Assembly (NCBI GenBank): GCA_007135355.1
Contig: SLJA01000070.1
Span: 1-36,160 of the forward strand
Direction of reading: 5' to 3'
From: Wenzhouxiangella sp.
Lineage (GTDB): Bacteria; Pseudomonadota; Gammaproteobacteria; Xanthomonadales; Wenzhouxiangellaceae
DNA: 36,160 nucleotides
The translations under genes were made by a program, and so were the position numbers. The notes beneath the pieces are model-generated. The model saw only the letters and a program-made list of their open reading frames with translations, made no database searches and had not been told where the DNA came from. The first letter of the stretch is position 1. Each line of letters opens with the position of its first letter. Positions 27,516-35,207 of the stretch are shown here, piece after piece.

Positions 27516-29615
27516 TCAGTCAAAGCGGTAACGCAACATCATCCGGATCACGTGCACCGTTCGGTCAGGGGAGCGCGTGCCCAGGGCGATATAGTTGGGC
27601 ATGGTGTCCACCTCAACCCCGTCGCGGAAGAAGTCATCGGCGCGGGCGCGGGCGGCGATGTAGCCCAGCGCCAGGCTGAAGCGGTCGCTGAGTTCGCGCT
27701 CGATATCGGCCTCAAAAAGAAACCGTCGCGTCTTGAGATCCGGGAATGGCGGCACATCACCGCGCCTTTCGATCTCGATTTCGCCGTCGGCCTGGGCATA
27801 GGTAAAGCGTAGCGTCCCGCTGCGCCAGTGGCCGGGCAACTGGAGGAACTCGACACGGAGCCCGGTCGTCAGAAACTCGTCATCGGTCAGCGCCCGCCAC
27901 GGTTCACCGATGACATTGTCGGCACCGAGGATTTCCGCCTGCAAGCGTTCGTGAGCAACAAAGGCAGAGGCACTGATCTGGCGGCCAAAAGTCGCCGACA
28001 GGTCTACACCGACGATGCGGTCATTGGCCGAGCTCAGCCCGATCAGGGTATCGGTATAGTTTTCGTCGGCAAACTCGACAAAAACGCCGGCCGAGTAACG
28101 CGGACTGAACGCGTAATCGGCGGCCAAACGGACCAGGTCACGGTCGCGTTCGGCAAAATTGAAGCGTCGCAGGCCCGGGCTGTCCAAAGGATCGATCAGC
28201 GCCGGATCAAGATCATTGGTGCGCCGCTCGCGACTGGCCAGGGCCCGCAGCGTCAGGCGTTCATCGGGGTTGCCGCGAAGACCCAGGCTGACCACGTCCG
28301 TGGTCGCCTCGCTCAGCTCCAGGAAGTCACGGTCGGTAACCTGGCGGCGCGCGCTGGCCGACAGGCTCAATTCACGCGAGAAGCGATAATCGAGACCGGC
28401 CTCGGCGCTGCGGCGCTTGTAGCTGTAGGGCTTGTTGAAGAAGGCCCCGACGACGAAGGTATCGGTGACCACGTTGGGGAACAGATACTGATCGGTGGCG
28501 TTGTCACGCTCGTCATAGCGCAGCACCAGCCGACCGCGCAGACGATCGGTAAAGTGGCCGTTCATGCGCAGATTGGCGATGCGCGTGTTGACCTGACCGT
28601 CCAGACTGGCCGCCGGCAGTGGCGGCACCCGCAGGTTCGAATTGAGGGTCGGGGCCAGGAAGACTTCATCCTGGGTGGCACGGCCGACAGCAACCTGGCC
28701 CGCCATGTTGAAGGACCGGCCCGGGCGCCAGAACCCGGTCATCACGAACTGGTGGAAGGCGTTGTCGGGCGCGCCGCCGATTTCGCCACGGTCGCCTCCG
28801 CGCACGGCCGGAAACGGGTTGTCCCAGCGCACTGAAGTGACGCTGTTGTCAAACAGCGACACCTGGTAGGCGGCCTCCAGCTGCCAGCGGTCGCGCACAT
28901 AGCCGACCGCGGCCTCGATCAGCGTGGTTTCTTCATCCAGCGGAAACACCAGCTCGGTCCCGGTGAACAGAAAGCTGGCACCGAGGCTGAAGTTGCCCTT
29001 GCGTCGGGTGTGCTCGACATCCACTCGGTAGCGCCACGGCGAGGGCGTGGCGACGGCTGCTCCAAGGCTCAGGATTTCTCGCTGGTGCCCCAGATCGATA
29101 CTGCGCAGGTTGGGTCGCAGCAAGGCCATGTCGGCGGTATTGCCCGGGCTGATCCATCCAGGGGGCAAAGTCTGGTTGGTCGTGCCCGCGCCCAAAAAGA
29201 CGCTTTGCCCCTCCTGGAATCCAACCCAGGGAATTTCCTTCCATTCCAAAGCCAGCCGGTAGCGCCCCTGCTGGCCGCCCTCGGCCGACAGCAGGCGGCT
29301 GTCCAGACCGAGCCGCTCGCCGTAGACCAGGACATAGCGCCCATCGGCTTGGCGGTACCACAGATCCCCATCCAGGGCGAGAAACACGCCCTGCTCTTCC
29401 AGCCCACCAAAATTGCCAAAGTCGGCGTGGTCGTCGGAGACATACCCCGGACCGGCCGCCACCTCGCCGGCCAGTCCATCGGCAAAGGGGCAGCGCTCAC
29501 AAACCCAGGCCGAAGTATCCGGCCGCTCGCCCGGAGTGGCCCAAGCCGTAGCCGCCACGCTACCGAGGATACCGGCCGCCGCCAAACCTTTGAATAAATC
29601 CGTCTTGTGGTTCAT
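27516..29615 (-). CDS. mtrB: MtrB/PioB-family outer-membrane beta-barrel
   Basis: Signal peptide, the conserved N-terminal W-x-CERCPF (CxxC), PDN-x-FHQ, alternating beta-strand pattern, C-terminal RYRFD; directly downstream of mtrA. Confidence 0.95.
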   Translation of the reverse strand: MNHKTDLFKGLAAAGILGSVAATAWATPGERPDTSAWVCERCPFADGLAGEVAAGPGYVSDDHADFGNFGGLEEQGVFLALDGDLWYRQADGRYVLVYGERLGLDSRLLSAEGGQQGRYRLALEWKEIPWVGFQEGQSVFLGAGTTNQTLPPGWISPGNTADMALLRPNLRSIDLGHQREILSLGAAVATPSPWRYRVDVEHTRRKGNFSLGASFLFTGTELVFPLDEETTLIEAAVGYVRDRWQLEAAYQVSLFDNSVTSVRWDNPFPAVRGGDRGEIGGAPDNAFHQFVMTGFWRPGRSFNMAGQVAVGRATQDEVFLAPTLNSNLRVPPLPAASLDGQVNTRIANLRMNGHFTDRLRGRLVLRYDERDNATDQYLFPNVVTDTFVVGAFFNKPYSYKRRSAEAGLDYRFSRELSLSASARRQVTDRDFLELSEATTDVVSLGLRGNPDERLTLRALASRERRTNDLDPALIDPLDSPGLRRFNFAERDRDLVRLAADYAFSPRYSAGVFVEFADENYTDTLIGLSSANDRIVGVDLSATFGRQISASAFVAHERLQAEILGADNVIGEPWRALTDDEFLTTGLRVEFLQLPGHWRSGTLRFTYAQADGEIEIERRGDVPPFPDLKTRRFLFEADIERELSDRFSLALGYIAARARADDFFRDGVEVDTMPNYIALGTRSPDRTVHVIRMMLRYRFD

Positions 29616-29634
29616 CACGATCACCTCGCCCGGC

Positions 29635-30615
29635 CTAACGCGCCTGCGGGGCACGCCCCGCGGGATGGTTGGAGCCATGCACCCGGGTATGGCAATTCAG
29701 GCAGCTGTCGAGCAGCAGCAGATTGGACGGGTTACTCCCCGGCAACGCGTCACCGGTCTGGGCCACACCAACATGGTTCTCCCGCCCGTGACAGCTCTGA
29801 CACAACAGCGGGGCGCGTCGGGTCAGCATGGCGGGATGGTTGGAGCCATGAGGAACATGGCAATGGGTGCAATCCTCGGCCACCGGCGCGTGTTCCCACA
29901 GGAATGGCCCACGCTTGTCGGCATGGCAGGTGTAGCAGTTCTGGTTGATATTGAGCTGAACCAGCATGGCCTCGTTCGGGGAACCATGCGGGGCGTGGCA
30001 GTCGGCGCAGGCCATCTCTCCGTGGCGCAGCGGGTGGGCAAAGGCCCGTTCGGCCGCCACTTTCTGAGTGATGTGGCAATCCATGCACACGGCGTTCTGC
30101 GTGCCGGCCAGGCTCATCGGATCGCGGCGGGCATGCGATTCATGGCAGTCGGCGCAACCGACCTCATGGCGCTGGTGTTCACTGCCGTCCCAGAATCGAT
30201 GGCCCTGTTCGAGGTGACAGGCGGTGCACATCTCGTTCTGGCGGTCCAGCGACCAGTACGCGTTCTCACCGAAAGCCGGCATGGGTGGCCGCTCACGGCC
30301 GGCCGTAATCGGACCGGCATGGTCGCCGCCCGGGCCGTGGCAGGCCTCGCACTGCAGTTGCCGCGGACCGAACGGCGAGCGCGCATCGGCACGCACCGCA
30401 TGCGGGCCCTGAAACAGGTCCATCAGATGAGCTTCGTCAGCGCCCGAGTGACACCACAGGCATTGCTCGGCGCCGAACTGGGAGTAGCCGGGCATGTCGT
30501 TCCAGCGCGTCTCGGCGGATAGCGGGCCCAGCATCAGAAACGAACTCGACACGATCAGAACAAAAACCAGATGCCGGCGCACCCATGCCGTCGTCCTATG
30601 CCTCAGTCTTGACAA
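29635..30615 (-). CDS. mtrA: MtrA/DmsE-family periplasmic decaheme cytochrome c
   Basis: Ten CxxCH motifs counted; G-x-x-x-CL-x-CH, LQCEACHGP, CYTCHADKRGPFLWEHAPV, HGSNHP. TTG start with an AGGAGG SD 5 nt upstream. Confidence 0.97.
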   Translation of the reverse strand: MSRLRHRTTAWVRRHLVFVLIVSSSFLMLGPLSAETRWNDMPGYSQFGAEQCLWCHSGADEAHLMDLFQGPHAVRADARSPFGPRQLQCEACHGPGGDHAGPITAGRERPPMPAFGENAYWSLDRQNEMCTACHLEQGHRFWDGSEHQRHEVGCADCHESHARRDPMSLAGTQNAVCMDCHITQKVAAERAFAHPLRHGEMACADCHAPHGSPNEAMLVQLNINQNCYTCHADKRGPFLWEHAPVAEDCTHCHVPHGSNHPAMLTRRAPLLCQSCHGRENHVGVAQTGDALPGSNPSNLLLLDSCLNCHTRVHGSNHPAGRAPQAR

Positions 30616-30652
30616 AACCGCCTCCTGCCCTGGTGGTTAATCGTTGTGCAAG

Positions 30653-30689
30653 AAAAAAGGGCCTGTCGGCTGAGTCAGCGGACAGGCCC
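30653..30689 (-). terminator. Intrinsic terminator between mtrC and mtrA
   Basis: Minus strand GGGCCTGTC-CGCTGACTCAGCC-GACAGGCCC-TTTTTT. Confidence 0.75.
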
Positions 30690-30713
30690 GAATCAGAAAT
30701 CGTCCCATCGGCA

Positions 30714-30737
30714 CCGGGGCGGCAGGCGCCGCCCCGG
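30714..30737. repeat. GC-rich 10-bp inverted repeat just after the mtrC stop
   Basis: CCGGGGCGGC-AGGC-GCCGCCCCGG perfect stem with no U-tract. Confidence 0.7.
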
Positions 30738-30750
30738 CCACAGGCTTTGG

Positions 30751-33285
30751 CTACCGATTCAACCCGTGCGCGACCGCGACATCAACAAACGTCCCGGGGC
30801 CGTGGCAGAACGCGCAGTTTTCCGGAGCCGCGCTGTTGATGCGCGCCTGGGTATCCGGATCGCCGAACGGATCCGGGTTGTCCAGGAAGGAGTTGCCGAA
30901 GGAGATGAAGCTCTCCCCACGCACCGACATATGCTCGATGGCAACCGCCGAGTCATGACAGGCCACGCAGGCAGCGGCTTCCGGGCTGATCTTGTTGTCG
31001 ACCGTCCAGTCGCGCGCGGTGGCTTCGTCAGGCGCGTAGGCGTTGGCGCCCGCAAAGCCCGCACCGATAACGGTTGCACCACTGTTGACCGTCGTACCCA
31101 ACACATTTTCCAACGGCAGGGCATAGGTGCCCTCCAGGTGGCAGGCCGTGCAGTCGCCTTCGCGGCGGGTGTAGGTCACATCGCCATAGGCATACGCGGT
31201 GCCGCCAAACCCGTAGGCCACATACTCGTTCTCACGAGCACTTGGGCTATGGATGGCATGAATCATGTAGGCCCAGCTCACCGAGGCTTCTTCCAGTCCG
31301 TCCAGAGCGGCTTCGTTGACGCCATCGGCCACGCCATCCGGATCGACCGGGCGCCGGAACAGGTCGGTGGAATTGGGATTGTGGCAAGTAGCGCAGGCTT
31401 CGTTGTTGTCCGAACGGTTGTTGCCGTGGAAATTCAGGCCGTCATTGACATTGTGGCAATCCTGGCACTTCTGCAGGCTGACCACCATGCGACGCGGAAC
31501 CGGCTCGGCATCAGTCACGGCAAAAGCATACAGGGCGCTGGTCACCGGCTGCTGATCCGAGAAGACGCCGACCTGTCCACTGAAATCGCCCGACAGGCGA
31601 CCTTCCATCATCACGGAAGCCGAACCAATCGCTGGTGTGGTGTTGGGGATGATCACCGGCGGATCCAGCAGGGCTGTATCCAGCGTATAGGTACCATTGC
31701 CGTTGTCAAACACCCCTGTGGGCAGATCGCTGTTGTTGGCGCTGGCCACCACGATACCGCGCGGCTGCGCCACTGGACGACCCGTGATGTCGGTGCCGTC
31801 GTCGTTGGCGACATTGGTGAAATCGGTGTTGGGCCAGACAAAGGAGATGCGCAGACCGGTGGTAGAGCCGGAGAAGGCCGGATGCACGGTCATGTCATAC
31901 GGTTCATTATCGTTGGTCGGGTCAGTGATCGAGAAAACCACGACCGGCGAATCGCCAGGAGCTGTGTTCATGACCTCAATAATGTTGTACTGGAACTCAC
32001 GCGCGGTGGCCTGGGACTGAATGGTATGCGCTTCCAGGACCGATTCCATCAGGCCGGACTTGGAGTGACAGGCGGCACAAGTTTCGTTGGGCTGGGCGCC
32101 GGCGGCGTGGTTACGGTTGAGATTGGTCAGGCCCCAGTCATTGAAAGTCAGGTTGTCGTGGCAAGAGGCGCACTGCTCGGCGGTGCCCCGATTGTCGATC
32201 CAGGCCGCCTCGGGTGTTTCCGGGTTGGCCGGGTCATGACAGGTGGTGCAGTTGCGCACATCCTGCGGATAGGTGACGTTGGAATAATCACTGAAACGAC
32301 CGGTGCGGTTGCTCTCAATGCTGTAGGGCTCCAGCAGGTTGGGCCCCATGTGGATCTTGTGCATCATCACCGTCATGCCGATGCTGTTGCCGGTACCGGC
32401 ATCGCGATCGCTGTCGATATGGCAGGTCACGCAGTACTCCATGGTCTGACGCGGACCACCATGGAAGCGAATCTCATTGCCATGGCAGGTCGCACAGTTT
32501 TCCTGCGCGGCGATGCGGCGGGTGGGAATGCCTTCGGTAGCGCCGGTGGACGGCTGTACATCAAACCAGGAATCACCCGAGAGCCGATTGGAGAGAGTCT
32601 GGTCCAGGATGCGCACGTTGCGCAGATCGATGCCGATACGGTGGGTCAGCTGCGGCTCGAACATCACCCCGGCGAACTCATCCAGCCCCTGGGCCAGGGT
32701 GAAGCTGTAGTTGCCGCCACCCAGGTTCTCGAGCGAGCCCTGGTTGGATGACCCGGCCTGAGGCACGCCCTGGTCGGAACCGAAGATGTAGGCGTCCCAG
32801 AATGGCGTTTTGCCATTGGCGCCCGGGAGCAGTTTGACGACCGAGACGCCGACATTCATGGACTGGATGTCAGCCACACCATTGCCGAACTCGTCGGCCA
32901 CCTCGAAAAAGACGGTCGGCACCGAGCCATCGAAGGTCACATTGGTAATGAAGGGACGGATCCGCTCCGGCAGTCGCTGACGATCACCGATCCGCTCGAG
33001 GCGGGCCTGCTCCGCGACGGCCCATTCGAAGCGCCCTTCCGGATCATAGATCGCCCGGAACTCTTCCGGCATGTTGCGCATGAAGCGCAGCATTTCCGGA
33101 TCCTGCAGCCTGCTGCTGGAGGGCAGCGCAGCGGAACGATCGGCCGGCGCCGAGCGGGGCTGACCGCGCGGCTCGTCACGCGACTGGGCCAGCGCAATAC
33201 CTGACAACAACAGCGCGCAAGTGACCAGAGTGATGGCGAGTGGGCGCAGCGCCGAAGCGACGGACTTTACAACGTGGGCGGGCAT
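30751..33285 (-). CDS. mtrC: OmcA/MtrC-family decaheme cytochrome c
   Basis: Ten CxxCH motifs in a 5+5 layout separated by a heme-free beta domain; HKIH, YPQ, RR-x-VV-x-x-x-KC; upstream of mtrA-mtrB; GAGGAG SD. Confidence 0.93.
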   Translation of the reverse strand: MPAHVVKSVASALRPLAITLVTCALLLSGIALAQSRDEPRGQPRSAPADRSAALPSSSRLQDPEMLRFMRNMPEEFRAIYDPEGRFEWAVAEQARLERIGDRQRLPERIRPFITNVTFDGSVPTVFFEVADEFGNGVADIQSMNVGVSVVKLLPGANGKTPFWDAYIFGSDQGVPQAGSSNQGSLENLGGGNYSFTLAQGLDEFAGVMFEPQLTHRIGIDLRNVRILDQTLSNRLSGDSWFDVQPSTGATEGIPTRRIAAQENCATCHGNEIRFHGGPRQTMEYCVTCHIDSDRDAGTGNSIGMTVMMHKIHMGPNLLEPYSIESNRTGRFSDYSNVTYPQDVRNCTTCHDPANPETPEAAWIDNRGTAEQCASCHDNLTFNDWGLTNLNRNHAAGAQPNETCAACHSKSGLMESVLEAHTIQSQATAREFQYNIIEVMNTAPGDSPVVVFSITDPTNDNEPYDMTVHPAFSGSTTGLRISFVWPNTDFTNVANDDGTDITGRPVAQPRGIVVASANNSDLPTGVFDNGNGTYTLDTALLDPPVIIPNTTPAIGSASVMMEGRLSGDFSGQVGVFSDQQPVTSALYAFAVTDAEPVPRRMVVSLQKCQDCHNVNDGLNFHGNNRSDNNEACATCHNPNSTDLFRRPVDPDGVADGVNEAALDGLEEASVSWAYMIHAIHSPSARENEYVAYGFGGTAYAYGDVTYTRREGDCTACHLEGTYALPLENVLGTTVNSGATVIGAGFAGANAYAPDEATARDWTVDNKISPEAAACVACHDSAVAIEHMSVRGESFISFGNSFLDNPDPFGDPDTQARINSAAPENCAFCHGPGTFVDVAVAHGLNR

Positions 33286-33319
33286 CGGTGGTTCTCCTCA
33301 TTAGTTCCCTCAGGAGCCG

Positions 33320-33349
33320 ATCATACGCTGGAAAAGGAAAAAAATTCAA
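33320..33349 (-). promoter_or_regulatory. Candidate sigma70 promoter of mtrCAB
   Basis: Minus strand TTGAAT-18 nt-TATGAT in an AT-rich intergenic region. Confidence 0.55.
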
Positions 33350-33404
33350 GTGATCTTCCACTTTAGCGATCAATTTTCACGTTATTTAGACGCTGCTTAT
33401 GTTT

Positions 33405-33439
33405 AAAAAAAACCGGCGCTCGTGGCGCCGGCTTTTTTT
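33405..33439 (-). terminator. Intrinsic terminator of the hydrogenase operon (bidirectional form)
   Basis: A8-CCGGCGC-TCGTG-GCGCCGG-C-T7 on the plus strand, giving U-tracts in both directions. Confidence 0.88.
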
Positions 33440-33458
33440 CGGGTAGAGCTTTAAGGCC

Positions 33459-35204
33459 TCAGGATACCTTGACCTTGATCAGCTCGTTACCCTCTTCGTC
33501 GGCCACATGCACGGCACAGGCCAGGCAGGGATCGAAGCTGTGGATGGTGCGCAGGATCTCCAGCGGCTGCTTTGGATCGTGCAGATCATGCCCTTCCAGC
33601 GACGCCTCGTACGGACCCGGTGCACCATCCGGCCCACGCGGGCCGGCGTTGAAGGTGGTCGGCACAATCGCCTGCCAGTTCTTGATCTTGCGGCGATTGA
33701 TGACCACCCAGTGACCCAGGGCACCGCGCGGGGCTTCCATGAAGCCAACGCCCTTGGCCTCACGCGGCCAGGTGCGCGGGTTCCACTTGTCGGCATTCTG
33801 CGTGCGGGTATCACCGGCATTGATGTTGACATTCAGTTCACGGAACCAGCCGTCCATCATGTCGGAGATCACCTTGGTTTCCAGCGTACGCGCGGCCAGG
33901 CGACCCATGGTCGAGAACATGGCTTCCAGCGGCAAGTCCAGCTGACCCAGCGCATAATTGGCCAGTTCAACCGTCTGCTCGTGTCCGCTGACGTACAGCA
34001 TCAGGACGCGGGCCAGCGGGCCGACTTCCATCACGTTGCCTTTCCAGCGCGGTGCTTTCAGCCAAGTATAAGTCCCATCCATGGGCAGGTTTTCGTAGCC
34101 CGGCGCCGGTCCGTCGTAGTTCAGCGCGGTTTCACCGATGTACGGGTGCAAACCAACGTCCTTGCCTGCCTCGTAGTCGTACCAGGAATGGGAAATGAAC
34201 TCCTGAAGCTGATCTTCGGCGTGCAGATCGACCTCGTGGATGCGCGACAAATCACGATTCAGAATCGCGCCGCGCGGAATGATGAAGCTCGAGGGGTCGA
34301 ACATGCCGTTGGTCGGGAAATCACCATAGCTCAGGAAATTCCCGACGCCCTCGCCGTGGCCCGGCTTGAACCAGTCCTTGTAAAAGGAGCCGATGGCGAT
34401 GGTGTCCGGCAGATAGACCTTGTCGACAAAGTCTTTCATCTGCTGGATCACGTTGGCCACTTTCTGCAGGCCGACGGTGTTGACCGAAGTCTGACCGGCG
34501 CCCGGCTCATTGGAGTGCACGCTGATCGCCACCGGCGCACCACCCACCAGGAAGTTCGGGTGCGGGTTCTTGCCGCCGAAGATGGCGTGGATCTTGGCCA
34601 CTTCGCGCTGCCAGGCCAAAGCTTCCAGGTAGTGCGCCACGGCCATCAGGTTGGCTTCCGGCGGCAGCTTGTAGGCCGGGTGACCCCAGTAGCCGTTGGT
34701 GAAAATACCCAACTGGCCGGATTCGACGAAGTTGCGGACCTTGGTTTGCACGTCACGGAAATAGCCCGGCGACGACAACGGCCAGTCGGATATCGACTGG
34801 GCCAGCTGCGAGGTCGCGGCCGGATCGGCGTCCAGCGCCGAAACCACGTCGACCCAGTCCAGCGCATGCAGGTGATAGAAGTGAATGACGTGGTCGCTCA
34901 CGTACTGAGCGCCGATCATCAGGTTTCTGATCAGCTGCGCGTTGGGCGGAATCTCGATCTTGAGCGCGTCCTCCACCGCACGCACCGCGGCGATGGCGTG
35001 GACCAGGGTGCAGACCCCGCAGATGCGCTGGGTGAAGACCCAGGCATCGCGCGGATCGCGGTCTTTCAGGATGATCTCGAGGCCGCGCACGGCAGTGCCT
35101 GAACTTAAAGCACGCGTGATCTTGCCGTTGCGTGTTTCTGCCTCGATCCGCAGGTGACCCTCAATACGGGTGACCGGATCGACAACAACAGTCTGGTTGG
35201 ACAT
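33459..35204 (-). CDS. hynL: [NiFe]-hydrogenase large subunit, group 1 (Isp-type, group 1e by context)
   Basis: DPVTRIEGH, L1 QRICGVCTLVH, L2 SFDPCLACAVH plus a 15-aa cleavable tail; directly downstream of an isp2-like gene. Confidence 0.95.
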   Translation of the reverse strand: MSNQTVVVDPVTRIEGHLRIEAETRNGKITRALSSGTAVRGLEIILKDRDPRDAWVFTQRICGVCTLVHAIAAVRAVEDALKIEIPPNAQLIRNLMIGAQYVSDHVIHFYHLHALDWVDVVSALDADPAATSQLAQSISDWPLSSPGYFRDVQTKVRNFVESGQLGIFTNGYWGHPAYKLPPEANLMAVAHYLEALAWQREVAKIHAIFGGKNPHPNFLVGGAPVAISVHSNEPGAGQTSVNTVGLQKVANVIQQMKDFVDKVYLPDTIAIGSFYKDWFKPGHGEGVGNFLSYGDFPTNGMFDPSSFIIPRGAILNRDLSRIHEVDLHAEDQLQEFISHSWYDYEAGKDVGLHPYIGETALNYDGPAPGYENLPMDGTYTWLKAPRWKGNVMEVGPLARVLMLYVSGHEQTVELANYALGQLDLPLEAMFSTMGRLAARTLETKVISDMMDGWFRELNVNINAGDTRTQNADKWNPRTWPREAKGVGFMEAPRGALGHWVVINRRKIKNWQAIVPTTFNAGPRGPDGAPGPYEASLEGHDLHDPKQPLEILRTIHSFDPCLACAVHVADEEGNELIKVKVS

Positions 35205-35207
35205 GAA

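Noticed and set aside
27516-30615. Calling the porin-cytochrome pair mtoAB/pioAB (Fe(II) oxidation) or dmsEF
   Set aside because: An upstream MtrC-family decaheme and the absence of adjacent mtoD, pioC or dmsAB favour mtrCAB. The direction of electron flow still cannot be read from sequence.
30646-32751. 701-aa plus-strand ORF, and similar long ORFs at 33507-35102, 3147-4424, 1385-2491 and 29413-30522
   Set aside because: Antisense shadows of well-supported genes. Such stop-poor reverse frames are expected in high-GC coding DNA, and they show no recognisable motifs.
33459-33560. Possible [NiFeSe] hydrogenase or selenocysteine recoding
   Set aside because: The L2 motif is DPCLAC with ordinary Cys codons and no in-frame TGA.
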